Shown: piece after piece, positions 1 through 48,987 of the stretch
Layout of the letters: every line of letters begins with the position of its first letter
Numbering within the stretch: position 1 is the stretch's first letter
Source of the DNA: Phoronis australis
Lineage: Eukaryota > Animalia > Phoronida
Assembly (NCBI GenBank): GCA_002633005.1
Contig: NMRA01000207.1
Coordinates: 271,470-335,469 of the forward strand
Direction: 5' to 3'
DNA: 64,000 bases
Notes under the pieces: model-generated
What the model was told of the DNA's origin: nothing
The model's input: only the letters and a program-made list of their open reading frames with translations
Database searches by the model: none
Position numbers and translations under genes: made by a program

Positions 1-31
<31 letters not shown>
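1..31. repeat. (CA)n microsatellite, truncated by window edge
   Basis: Perfect CA run at the start of the window. Confidence 0.95.
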
Positions 32-33
<2 letters not shown>

Positions 34-724
34 GATAACTAGGGTAAGGCAGAAGTTGTTGGTCTGTGCACGACAATGAAAAGCTAATGCGAACAGTGCT
101 CAAAAGAAGACCAGCCTGTACGTAACTGTAGCTGATAATTACTTCTATCTTGCCCCAGGTTTGCAGCCATTCAGGAATTAGAAGTGACGAAAGTTACACT
201 TGCCTAGAACAAGTTACCCTACCACGATAAGGTGGAATAAGTTGTCTCAAGTGAGACAAGTTGCACTAGTTTAAATAGCGTCCACACAGTACTCAAACCT
301 AGTGACAACTGTTCATGTGTAACTTGTTCTAGGGTAAGTCTGTGTGTGGACAGCACTTATAACAAAGGTCTTGAACACCACATTGTGTTGGTGTTAATTC
401 GTATTAAGCTGGTGATAAATGATAATCGAACCTGATATCAGTCTGATCACCATTCCTAGTATCATTCCTGGAATACCTTATGATTTGATAGTTTATCATT
501 GGTCAGTGATGAGAAATCACATAAATTGTCTCGACTGATGATAAACCCTGTATGATAAGTCATATAAATCATTAATAAGATTTTTATCAACCATTTATAT
601 CATACTATACCATTCATATGAATTCATAGAAATGTTGGTCTGGATTCATATTAAAAATGTTATCATAAATTATGATCGGACAGAATTGTTCTCTCAAATT
701 GCATGCTTACGTGATTGTGTTCAG

Positions 725-36676
<35,952 letters not shown>

Positions 36677-38489
36677 CACAAACCGTTGCCATTCTCACGT
36701 GTTGGGTTTCTCATCTGTGCTCACCAGCGAAACAGGAAGTCAGGCTTTGACACGTGCAGTTAAGATGTGTAATTGATGCGCTCAGCTGTAAACCTCACCT
36801 GAAACAGCTGCAGTTTATGAATTTAGAATGTTTTGTCTCTGACCCGTACGATGCTTGTGAATGTGATACCTGAAAATCCCCAAGTCAACTTGGATGTACA
36901 AATGGCTGAAAGTGCAGAGGCTACTGTATTCAAGATCAGGACAGTTACAGTCATGGCATTGTATTATGAGATAATGCACAGTTAACAAAGAGGAAAAAAT
37001 CTGTCTGCTTGTATGTTCACTAAAATCACTGAGTAATCATGTGAATTAGACTGTGGAGTAATTGATGTTGACTCTTGTGTTGCACAGTCAGTTGTTCAGT
37101 GGTCAGAGTAAGTGAATCTTGGGTCCTGGATTTACTGTCAAAGACATACTGTTGAAACAGTATTGCTTGGCCTATTCCGCAGTATTTGTCCCCGCTGTTA
37201 AAAGAAAGACATTTTGAGTAATCAAGTATTCGTTCAGTTTATTGGTTTGGGCAACTTTACAATTGTTTGTCGCCATTCAGTGAATACATGACAGTCTCCC
37301 TGTCAGTGGAGGTGAGTAGAAATGAATCCTGCGGTATTTCTGTGCATAACTGAGGGAGCAAATACAACTGCAGAATCACCTGCAAAGATGCATCGTGGCA
37401 TTCCTTGTTTGTTGTAGGCAAATTAAAGGAAATACATTTCGATTTTGACACAGGGTTCTTTTAGTCTTTTGACTCACTGTGTTGCAAAACGAAGTTGAAC
37501 CGTAAATGTTAAAGAAAGTGTTCTGCAATATCCATTAAGCAGCTAATGAAACCTGTATTGTTGTATTATGTGTGTGCTATCAGCAAGGAACATCCTGTTG
37601 TATGTTGACTGACAGTTCATAGAGTCATCAGCTCGTGCGCGATGACTATTGGTTGTGTATATACTGTAAATTTTGTAAATAGGAGGTGGGATGTATATGA
37701 AAATTTTGTTATTCTTTTATCTTTGTTATAATCCTCCTTGTTACAATTAACTACCAACTATTATTTGGTCTATTTTGTGTACACTGTACAGAGCAATGCT
37801 CTAAAGCATTTAGTAAGCGCTGAAGTGCTTATAGAGACAAAAACTATTAGTTGTTTGTATTGTTATGATTGACAGGTGTCGATCAAAATTTGTTGTGTCA
37901 AAATCATGACTTGATGACGAGACTGATTGGTGAAGGCACGCCTTCCTTCTTTCCTTTGATGGCTTCGTTTTTATATTGGATACCTTAACTCGTGTTAACC
38001 CTTTGACCTCGCATTGAGACCATGTAAGGGCTGAAGGCGTGTCTTTGCCTGTTGGACGTTAGGGTCCTGAAGAGTCGCATGTGCACTACAGAATGGTGTA
38101 TAAATTAACAAAAAAATGAAATTTTAGAATTGTTTTTGGGCAATGTGTTTGAAACAAACAAATCAAACAGTTGTTTTTTTTTTCGACTGGTGTTTTCTTG
38201 TTGGATACGTCCACTTTCTTGCTTTTACCGTGAGTCATAAAACATATGTCGTTGTTTTATATACCTACAAAACAAGGACTTCATGTTGTTCTTAAAGTCA
38301 GAAATATTCAGATCTGTAGATATGCACAGCCATGGATTGGTCTTGACATGTGAATTGCGTTATGGGGGTCTGTGTGCAGTTGTTACGTTTATGCAAACTT
38401 GACTGAATGTGCAAGTCTTCATGATCATGTATTAAATCAGCCAGAGGTCTGGTTCAAATCCATTACTTTTATAATGATTGTTTGCTAAA

Positions 38490-38781
38490 TATCAGGTCGC
38501 CCAAAAAATACAGCTTACGCGCTCATAAACACGGCTCACGAACCTGCAAACTCAACTCACTGACTAACAGGTCCTGCACTCTTGATATACCTTTACGCAC
38601 CCAAAAAGCATGTGGCTATGACTCCACGAGTCATATTTGAGATCCAGCAGCTGAGCTTTTTAGGTACAAGGTATGTTTTGTGAGCACGGCCGTTTTTGTA
38701 AGTCAGTGATGTGAACCGAGTTTTCAGGTCTGTATGTCGTGTTCATGAGTGCATGACGTTTGTTATTCGTGTAGCCTGATA
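38490..38781. repeat. ~290-bp imperfect palindrome (MITE-like) within the probable CHD 3' UTR
   Basis: TATCAGG...CCTGATA ends; GCTCATAAACACG/CGTGTTCATGAGT, ACCTGCAAACTC/GAGTTTTCAGGT and TCACTGACT/AGTCAGTGA pair. Confidence 0.75.
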
Positions 38782-39133
38782 ACGGTGGTTGGAGGATGAG
38801 GTGCTTGGATCATATGTGAGTACTAACAATCATATGCTTGACTTGAATCGTCAAAATGTCGGGTTGTTATAAGAACACATAACTTAGAGGCGTTTCTTGC
38901 GAAAAGCCAATGCCTTAGGAAGTTGCAATGGAGAAGGCTTGGTCAATGTATGTTTTCATGTGATCTATGGTGGTACACTAGAATGGCTGTAGGTGGCAGC
39001 ACCAATTTTGTCATCTTTCTACTGAAATTTTGTAATGTTGGTTAAATGAATGTTTAATCATTGTCAGTCAATTCCACTTATCTTGATTTTTATATCATCC
39101 AATGGCGCTGTTATGGATAGACAGATCTTATTT

Positions 39134-39139
39134 AATAAA
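39134..39139 (+). terminator. Candidate CHD polyadenylation signal AATAAA
   Basis: Follows ~2.45 kb of T/GT-rich UTR-like sequence and has a T-rich downstream element near 39160-39177. Confidence 0.5.
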
Positions 39140-39426
39140 TTATCTGAGCCTTAGATTGGAATTTTATTTTATTTTATCCCCTGGTGGGATTAGGGGTTGA
39201 ACTAGTAAAGTTTTTGGAAATTGAGATCCAGTTTTGGGCTAAAGATTTGAAAATTTCATTGTTTCTGTTTGTCGTTAGCATCAGTGCTTGGTTTATATCA
39301 GTCTGTGGCTGAGACTTCAGTTGTGCCAGCTGTATGAAGACTATCGTCAAAGTATAGCTAGGTACCACTGTGTTGAGCGCCGTTCCAGGGGGGTCACTCA
39401 TATTGACAAGTTGCCTGTGGGCTAGT

Positions 39427-39670
39427 TGCAAAAATTGCGGTTAGGCAGTACTTTTTCTGCAACTTTTGCAGGACTGCATGGGGTGCAATAGCCGGGCCCC
39501 TGAAATTCCATTCCGTGCCCGCAGAAGGCCCACCACATTGGCGTCAGCCCTGCTAAAGGAGTGGGGGCCCAGGCAGAAAAATCTACCTCCCAAAAGGGGG
39601 TGAGAATTAGTAGACTTGGAATCCGCAACTGATAGGGAGTCTCTCGGCAATTTTTGATACACGCCTGCGG
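39427..39670. mobile_element. 5'-truncated copy of the MITE at 62066-62292
   Basis: Shares AAAAATTGCGG.TAGGCA.TACTTTTT, AAAAGGGGGTG and GCAATTTTTG.TACACGCCTGCGG. Confidence 0.75.
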
Positions 39671-40186
39671 ACACGGCCTTCTCAGTATGAGCCAGTGACC
39701 AACACCCAACCANNNNNNNNNNNNNNNNCCCCCCCCCCCCCCCGCCCTCCCCCTTGTAGGCTAGAAACTCCGGTAAGGTTTTTTGATAACCTAGTCAATA
39801 AAGTTTGATATTCCTCGGTTTTCCCATTTTCTGCTTATTTCGAGGCGGAATTAAGAGAATGGGGGCTAACTCGTGATAAACTAGTCGAGTCGGGGCACAG
39901 AGATAACCATAAACAACCATGACTCTTGAGTGCCATCTTTTGAACGAATTCTATATTTGGTCCCGGAGGCGGAATATTTTGTATTGTTTTTAATTCTGCG
40001 AGTTAGCGTTTCTTGTAATATATGATAAAACCATAGATTAAACGGAATTTTTCGCCACTTATGTTACAAAGGTTGAAGTCGGCGATTTTCAAGTACAAAC
40101 GGGAATGTGCAACAATGACATCCGGGTATCAGTCTGTGACGTGATCGTGCTTTATAGCCAATGAAAACCACCGTGTTTTTCAGGCG

Positions 40187-40268
40187 GTAGTTGTGGCCGA
40201 GCGGTTAAGGCGATGGACTAGAAATCCATTGGGGTCTCCCCGCGCAGGTTCGAATCCTGCCAACTACG
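40187..40268 (+). tRNA. tRNA-Ser, anticodon AGA
   Basis: 82-nt cloverleaf: GTAGTTG/CAACTAC acceptor stem, A box TGGCCGAGCGG, anticodon arm ATGGA-CTAGAAA-TCCAT, long variable arm, GGTTCGAATCC B box, discriminator G, T6 Pol III terminator at 40274-40279. Confidence 0.97.
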
Positions 40269-43200
40269 AAAGCTTTTTTGTTTAGGTGAAATTGCTTGTT
40301 TCTACTTCTAACTGGCGCATTGTACTTGAGGTATGCATTACTACTGACAAACATTACCGTTGATGCGTCTGCCATTGTATTGTAAACTAAAATTGGTTGT
40401 GGTAGTTGTCGTCTGCCGAACCTAGCCTCAACTACGTGTACCATTAACCGTAGAAGAGTGGCCTATACAAAATCAAATATCGCACAGTACTGCAGTGCAG
40501 ACCTACTTTATGTTGTCATTGCAGGAATCATTGAAGAAAAAAACATGGGTATGAGTACATGAACTCAAATGGTCTCAAGTTTATGAGCCAATTTTTCAGC
40601 AGGACCTACATGCATCAGTGGTTTACGTTATTCGAATGACAGGCCTTTTTAGATTCGATTTTGGCCGGGGGCTGGCAATTAATATGTGTGATTTCGCCTT
40701 TTACTTCAGTACTTAACGGCTAATCGCATTTCAAGTCGATGATAAATCCACAGTTAGGATCATGCTAGAGCTCATATCGCTAAAATTGTTATTTTGATTA
40801 GCTACTCTGCATTGTAGTTGTATTAAGTTCTGAATGCAATGCGTATTATTCAAGACAAAATCAGGCGAAATTTTGACAGGTTTTGTGCATACGTTGGTCG
40901 GACTTAAGTAGTCATGGGGCACCAATGAGTTTTTTAATGCGAGCACGTTCCTAAAATTACGCATGTCATTGCAGTGTATCGGTGATGGTAGTCACGTACA
41001 TGTATGCTCTACTTGCCGGAACTGCTAATGATGTACCGAGTCTATTGCTATATAATACACTAGAATCATCTAGTTTGGGATTTCTAACACTGTCCTTAAA
41101 CACCCCGCGGGCTGTGCGACCTCGCAAGGAAAACAAAAAACAAATGTCCGTTCCTAATTTAGAAGCCTCAGTGGTTGTTGTATTTATGTTTTTATATGAA
41201 ACCGTGTGGGTCAGCTCTTCGCGTGCATTTGCGAAACTACCACAATTCTCGTTTCTCACAGAGCGTTTACTTAATAGATCTGAAATTATATCGACAATAT
41301 AGGACGTCTCAGAGTAAATAAAACTGCGGACAGGAAATCCTTATTTCAGTCATTTAAGTCCTATTCTCTCAGTTGCAATGATTCAAAACAAAAATTCAAG
41401 TACACTATTTTGTTCGTCGCAATGATTCATTTATGATATCTCGTAAGGTTTCAGAGTCAGAGCAAGGCTAGGATGTGGAAACGTAGAGATAGAGATGTTC
41501 GTAGGGACGTGTTTTTGGAGGAATACTATGAAGCACCAAACAGTTCCTAAACCAGTACATGTACTACATTTCCGTGCGTTGAAATGTGCTCAGTCAACGC
41601 TCGGGCAGAATTGAGAGTTTCGGTGACTCTCACACTTGGTGACTGTTGAAAACATTGAAATGGTAGCCTCTTAACAAGAGAAACACAACTGACGTAGCGA
41701 TCATATAGCGCTAACTTGGTATAAACGGAACTGGTATTGTGTCCAAACGGAATAACTTCGCTTAATATAGTCCTGCTATCATTAAAAATTATTAGAGTTT
41801 CTAAACATTTATACACTGTTTGGAGTAAGTAATTCGACCATCAGATGGCGTGGTGGTCTGGATAATAAATATCTTCTACAATTGTGAAGGACAGGACAAA
41901 TGAACATGGTCAAAAGTGATATTGTAAATATCTTGCTTTTATTTTGGTAACTATGTTTACTTATGAAACAGGGGCAGATTGTTGTTTGGTTTACGCCTGC
42001 TCTCACGGAAAATCGTTTGTCAATCCTTGGACCTGTCCGAGGTCAATTTTATCCCGGCCGGCACTTCCCGTTACTACCAAACCCATTTCGAGGTAGCGAT
42101 ATTCCTGCCCGAGGTGAGGAACCAGTTTCGGCGTGGCAAATGTGTTCCTCATCGACTGAGCAAGCGGCATTGACTAATTTTGGGGGATATTGATCACTCG
42201 TCGTCTTGGCAACGATTAGCCTCGTTATCTCGGTAGCTCGGCTGTGTAAACATCATTCGCCACCTCACGTGTGTACATTGTCGGATAACAACACGCACCT
42301 GCGTCCCAGATGTGGTGGAGATTGTCCGCTTTGCCGAGAGGAGCCGCATTGTTCTAGGACTGTTCTAACTTTGTCCACTTGTATTCAAACAGTCACGCGC
42401 GCGATCGACCGTTGTAAATCTGTTATCGTTGGCAAATTAATGTTTGGGGAATTCGACACTGAACGGTCCGATTTATAAACTTGATTGACAGCATGGTACT
42501 CCAATAGCCGTCGATATTTCCAATTTAAACTACTCTTTTAACATACCAACAAATGTCGGAAAGTTACCATTGGGTACACTTGAGGAAACTGTTTCCTCCT
42601 TAGATATTGCAGTTTTAGTCCGTGAATGTTACGCTTTTACTGAATTGGAAATCAGTTTAATTTCGTGCCGCGTAATAAACAAACCATTGTACAAGATTGT
42701 GGCGGAGACGATGTGGGGAACTTGAGCCCACCCTCAAACTTTGGCCACTTTTACAATGATTTCTTAAGTTTGACCATTGTCTGTCCCCGAGATAAAACGC
42801 TGGATCCACGCCTATTAACCCCCAAGTGTCTCTCGTCGTCACTACCAGTGACATGACTACGTACATGTGCATCTTCATTGTATGCGCTGGCGATATAAAA
42901 GTTGCTTTGTCATGATAAAAATCGCGTTGGTTTTTGTTTTTATTTTCTAGAACTTTTCATTCAGGTTTCACAAAAAATCTCAGGTTCATTGAACAAAACG
43001 CAGATATTTAAAATCGAACCAAATATGAACCCTCCAGACATGAATAGAAACTACACAGCCTTATTTGTCGAACAAAGTGGCGCATCAATTGCCCATAAAA
43101 TCTTATCGTATAAGATAAATATGTAGAGCTTGTATAGAATCATAGGTGACGTGTTAATGCATTCTTGTTGCAGGATTTTGATACACGATTCAGTCGAGGG

Positions 43201-46200
43201 CTTTTTAATTATCCCTACCATGCGAGGGTGGCATTTGGTTTCATTTCTCGAATTTTTCTGTTTTATGCTCTGCAATAGAAATCTGACCCGAGGATGTGAT
43301 GCCAAGATAGAATTCGACACCTCGGCCTATTGTGCCCGAACACCGCCGACAAATTGTAAACAGTGGTAAGTCAACAGTAACATCAATTTTTCACACCGCC
43401 CCTCGGGGCTCGTTGTGTTTTATGCACACACCGTTGGAGCCGCGTTGTGAATAGACTACCCTGAAGGCTGTGTGTTTTTCTGGCCCATCTTTTGTGATCG
43501 AATGTGTGGAAATTGATTGGGCAACATATTGTGCCCGTGCCGAGTTTCCGTATTTGTAAGCGACTGTTGCGCAGCCGCCCGATTTGAAAAAGCAATGATG
43601 CTGCGGATTCAGGGATCTTTATTTTTAAAATATTAGCAATATAGCGCGCTTTCGAATACCCCAGTCATTACAACAGTTCAGCGCAAAACGTGAAAAGAAA
43701 GCTCGTTTTAACTATTTCAGATTTTTTCTGACAAAACAAGGCTCAACACTGAAATACTACGAGTCACTAAGCACCACTGAGCGACGCTGGTTGCGGTACG
43801 AGGGCAACACGTAAAAGTGCAACACTCTGTTAACGATTCTTGCACTCCATTACGTCACAGTTTACAGTTGGGTCACCTATCTCGATTACTCGTACATGTG
43901 TACCGCAAGACACATCCTGTTCTTTTTTATCCCGATCAGAATGTGTCACTTAATAAGATTTAAGCTTTATTAAGTGTTTTGCATGTAAAGCCAGGTATAG
44001 AACTTCGTATCCGGTAACTTCTGAACCACTGTCTATAGTAACCACCCCGACTCTTCGTGTACAACTCCACGTATACCTTTCAGCTCGAAAAGACGTGTCG
44101 GAACACCTTTCTACTAGCTCTGTCGTAGTCATATGCTACAGTTGTATACGAAAAATCTGAATGCGGACGCTGAGAATGAAAGACTGGTCAGTATTTGGCG
44201 TTGCGAAATTATTAAACAATTATATGCCTTCAAAATATTCACTAGGTCTGCGTGCGTGGAGATAGTCAAGTGTACATATTACCTCTTAAATTTCCATCAC
44301 TTAACTAAAACGTTCCATGTTCACTTGTTATAGGACATGTTATTCTCTCATCGGACCCGGGTAGAGTGCTCGCAGACTCATGCGTTGAGCTGAATTGCTG
44401 CCAAACCAGGTGCAGTCCTACTACTAGCCCAGAACCGTTGCTTTGAAATAACGAGTTAAGAACCCGACTCTAAAAGATGAACACGTGCAATCAGACGCTA
44501 ACGGACGTCAAATCAAAGCTCGCAGACTCAGTGAACCATCGAGGAATGTGTATGTGCTGTCAGGCGTGGCGCAATACCTTTTGCCGGTATGTGGTAAGGT
44601 TCTTGGCGGAGGAATTTTGCAAAACAAGTCTGTTGCAGACTTGTGCAATTTCGGGCACTGTCACGGGTTATTTACATGCGTTTTGTTTTCATCTTCGTCG
44701 CATTGATTTCTTCACCTCAGTGCATGCTATACGGTCGCAACAGTGGATAGGAGCCTGGCTGTATAGGATAAGATGATTTACGAACAAACGTAAAATTTTA
44801 ACGTCACGCTCACGACTCACTTATTTCAAAGTACCACGCAGCGCTAATAAGTCCGGTCGTAATCGCAAACTTCAAACTGGGATAGATTAGGTATTAAGAG
44901 GTGAATCTTTCCGTTGAAGCAATTAATGAAGTCTATTCAGAACATGTAATTAGGAACGCCAACTCGCATGAAAACTTAACTTTAGCAGTTCCACCTCAAA
45001 ACGTGACCAAAGCAATGGTTCTCAAAGATAGCGCTGCAAATTACGCTTACAAGACATCTTGATCATACTGTAAGACTAACCACGCAGTGCACTGCAACAA
45101 CGGCAAAACTTAATTTTGTGGGAATTTTATCACACGACAACAACAGCGCACGATACCATTCAAGCTATCAGCGTCACCAAATCTCCTGTGTAGCGAAAAA
45201 ACACGGCATTCATTTTGCCGACATGTATCAGTTTATTAGCTTTTATCAAGATCACAATTGAATAACTTAACAGAAGCCACGTTAGTATTAAAACGTTTTC
45301 TTTATGCTCTGCAGATTAAAACACCAACAGCGCTCCATGTGGAGAGAGCCAGAAAGCGAAAACAACAATACCAATGGTCATTGACACAATGGTGCTGGTT
45401 CACAAAGTGGTACGTTGTGCGAGAACACATTGGCAAATTTTTGACAGCCGGGATGATAGCCGTGAAACGTTACATTTCATTAGTCACCCAACCAGCGTTG
45501 CATGCTATGACCGATAATCAAAACATTTCACAAGAAATACCCAACCGTGCACCGAATGAGCAGATGGTTGGGTTTTAGGAGGAGTTGATGCCGTATCTCA
45601 CGGTCACATCTTGACCGAATACTCACGTGTTTCCCACTCAAAAATTCAGCAGAAAAGAACATGAAACCAATTTGTTGTGTAAACAACAACGGATGACACA
45701 TATGAGGGAGGTGCGCCAAGACACCTGCGCAAATTGGAACACGGTTTGAGAAATACGAGAAAGCAGACAACCACGGATCTCGCATAACTACCCTCTGTCA
45801 CAGCGCCACCTGTGGACCAGGACTGGGAAAGAGCGTATCGCATGAGACTTCACTTCAAGTACATTTTAAGATAAATAACAAATTTTCCAAAGCTGTTAGT
45901 CACCAACAATATTTGTAAAAAAATGATGCATGTTTTTTTCAATCGACAATGCGTTACATCCTTAGAGTGGCGACAGAACCTCTTCGTTTATCACAGACAA
46001 ATAATTACCGGACTACAGAGCTATGAAGTTTGACCGGGCACTTGGCCAAGATAACATTTTTAACTTATGCTGTGGTAAATCGCATTTGTCAAGTCACGCT
46101 TCATTGAACGGCTACGATGTACTCGTGTACTGATGCAGAACTAAGTCTAGGATTTCGATTCAAGCAACACCTAATTATACAATTTGGTATTTCTCTTAAT

Positions 46201-48246
46201 TGCCCGCCGATTTCCACACATCATCCAGACAAGACTTGTCAGAGAAATATGCCAAGACTGGAAGACGGATCTCACATCACTGACATTTTTATCGCAAGAT
46301 GTTTGGAAAAGTAGAAATTAAACAACATTATACAAAGTTGTTGAAAAAATGCTTCGAAAACCGCAACCTCCGTTTCAACGAGAAAAGCAAAAAATAAACA
46401 GAGTTAAACTCTCCACCCTTCACTGTCTGAAGCGCTGAAATTGAAAAATTGGACGATACGACATTCGAGCAAACACGACTTTATATAGGATCATCTAAAC
46501 CATAGGTGAAAATTTGAAGATGTTTTCTTAGGAAATGAACAGAATTCGAAACACTCCTCGTTGGCAATTCACTAACAACGACTGTAGATCGTGTTCGTGA
46601 TTCGATTAAGCGCTAACTAGCCAGTCGACACTCCGGGAATTTGTCATACTACCCTAGTAATTGCTACGAGTAAATGGAAGTCGACGTTAGTCAATAACAC
46701 GAAATATGAGGTGAATTGATAATCAGATGTCATAAAGGCCGTTAGCAAAACTAGCAGTCTTCTGTCTTCGCAAAACTAAAACTGGCAAAACCGCATGTAA
46801 AAGGTTTTTGTTGAGGACTGGCCCGAAATACAGTAACCTGTCGCAGTAGCATGAAATGCGAATTACAGCCTCCCTGTTCCCCTATGTCACAATGACTCTT
46901 ACTTTATATAACAGAACCTAAATTTCTTCATAAAATCAATAGACGTTAACGGACTACTATCTTCCCATGCCCCCAAACTGGCAATATTCTGGCGTTTTTG
47001 ACATGTGCCACATTGGAACTACTTTCAAAATGTCCGACACAGAAACCACCAAATTAGCAAATTCAGTACCGGAAAAACATTCACAGCAATGTGATTGCTT
47101 ATAATTTAAGTAGACCTACACTGAAGTCCAAAAAGGGAATTCTGTTGAATACCTGACCAAACACCACACAAGAACATAAGATTAAAACCTAGAAGTGAGG
47201 TGATTTTTAAATGGTAATCCATTGTATCTAAGTACATTTCAAAAAACTTAGTCGATGCTTAAATGTTCGAAATTTACTCAAAAACAGACTGAACAGAAGA
47301 AAGTAAGGATGTAACGCATTGTTTTACCAACTGGCAATGTTACATTCAACAATGACATCGTCATGAGGTGACTCAATATGACACAATAATGGTCAACACG
47401 TGGCCTGGCTTAGCAATCCTATAATGGGGTCCAGCTCTGCGTACCAATCACATCTTATTATAACCTATTTGGCCTTAAGTAATTGCCAAGAGACAGTTGA
47501 CAGTTTTTACATGATGTAGGTTGAGTCCTGAAACGAAGCAGATATTCTACTGGTCGATCTCCGGTTCCGGAGAATTTAAACAACCAACAGACGTCACGGT
47601 CCTCTTCAAATAGACGCCACTCAGCGGGAACTTTATGTATGGGAATTTCTTGTGACTTGAAAGATTTGTCCTTAAATAAATCGCATAGGCGTTAGCCACG
47701 TCCACACCAAATACAGCGAGGGCAGAAGGCGAGATCGTCCGATCTTGCGAAACTGTAAGGTGGCTTTGTCCCTACCTAGGAGTAATATAGTCCTAGGCCC
47801 CTACCTATTCACCATCCTCATGTTTACTGGTCAGTTGTTACCTGCGCTCTCTCAATGTCGGGCACACCTGTATTGACCTAGACAATGACCATTGTGAATG
47901 TACATTGTTCACCAATTACCATTTACAGTGTATTGACAGACGCCAATAGGCTGCATTGAGACAACCCCTGAAGCTTACACAACTGACGCAAGATGAACTC
48001 TGTTGTGAGGTACAAAATTTGCCCAATGCCCATGCCATAACAACTTTCGAAGAAAAAATACCAGGGGGGTTTATAAAAACTAACAGGTAGTCTCCACCCC
48101 AGAGTCGGTTTACTAAGCCAGTCACGTGAACAGGGGAATGAGATATGAACATGTTGAAGTCATGAGCAGTGATTTACCGAATGTCTATGAAGATGTAATA
48201 ACGGGTGAAATGACATAGATGTAATGACGGTTTTGATGACAAAATG

Positions 48247-48987
48247 CTATGTAAGTAGTGTTACGTCATTGATAAACGACATCATCAAGCATAGAATCAG
48301 TGCACTGAATACACACCACCAATGCAACGTCCTTGGCGGCGCACCGCTTTTTGGCCGTTCAAATACTTTGCTATATTTTTTGTCATACACGTTCAGGTCA
48401 GTCCTGTTCTTACGAGGCTCCCCTGAATCTCCGTGCAAACTCCGCACATCCTGCATGGCAACGTTTGCCGCTAGTGTGAAGTTTGTGTCGCCCGTAGTTA
48501 ACAAGTCAAACACACACGAGTCAAAATAGAAGTCCATAACATTGGCACTGATGCATCTTTCCACGGCTTCTTCTCTCGTCATCGTCTGCTTCCCTGCTTT
48601 CTTTTCTTCTGGCCTCATGAATTTAGGATTCTGAGAGGCCAAATAGTACTTGTAATCAATTCTCTCCCTCACAGGACACCCTTCCACGCACAGCTGGAGG
48701 GAGATATCCTCGCTATTACTCCGCGAGTTCTTCACTATTTTCTCTGGCATGCGCACGGAGAAAGTCAAATAACGTCCGACTTGGCGGACGAGAATTGTCG
48801 TGTCGATGTAGCGCGCGTAAATCTCCACGTGAGTCCCTGCCCTAATTTCGCGAATTGAGACGCTTCCTTCTGGACCAAACTCGTCGCGACCGTCATCGAA
48901 AAATGGCGGAAGTTGATCAGTTTCCGCTTGATAAGTCACAAAATTTTCAGCGTCGGCACAGTCGTTAGCTTTGATCATCACGGTCAA
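48247..48987 (-). CDS. RGM: RGM last exon (C-terminal domain + GPI signal)
   Basis: Acceptor TTTTAG at 48988, HVEIYARYIDTTILVRQVGRYLTFSVRMP, LQLCVEGCP, TAG stop. Confidence 0.96.
   Translation of the reverse strand: MTVMIKANDCADAENFVTYQAETDQLPPFFDDGRDEFGPEGSVSIREIRAGTHVEIYARYIDTTILVRQVGRYLTFSVRMPEKIVKNSRSNSEDISLQLCVEGCPVRERIDYKYYLASQNPKFMRPEEKKAGKQTMTREEAVERCISANVMDFYFDSCVFDLLTTGDTNFTLAANVAMQDVRSLHGDSGEPRKNRTDLNVYDKKYSKVFERPKSGAPPRTLHWWCVFSALILCLMMSFINDVTLLT

Noticed and set aside
39713-39752. N gaps next to poly-C/G runs (also 54328, 58379, 62735) as G-quadruplex elements
   Set aside because: Typical sequencing dropouts at homopolymers; true sequence is unknown.
40300-45200. Many 60-106 aa ORFs between the tRNA and the RGM 3' region
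   Set aside because: No recognisable domains or coherent exon chain; consistent with chance ORFs.
45232-45237. Minus-strand AATAAA as RGM poly(A) signal
   Set aside because: Plausible (~3 kb UTR) but a lone hexamer is insufficient evidence.
48224-48529. Antisense ORFs over RGM and CHD exons (also 56231-56536, 17418-17723, 23421-23690)
   Set aside because: Shadow frames of real coding exons.
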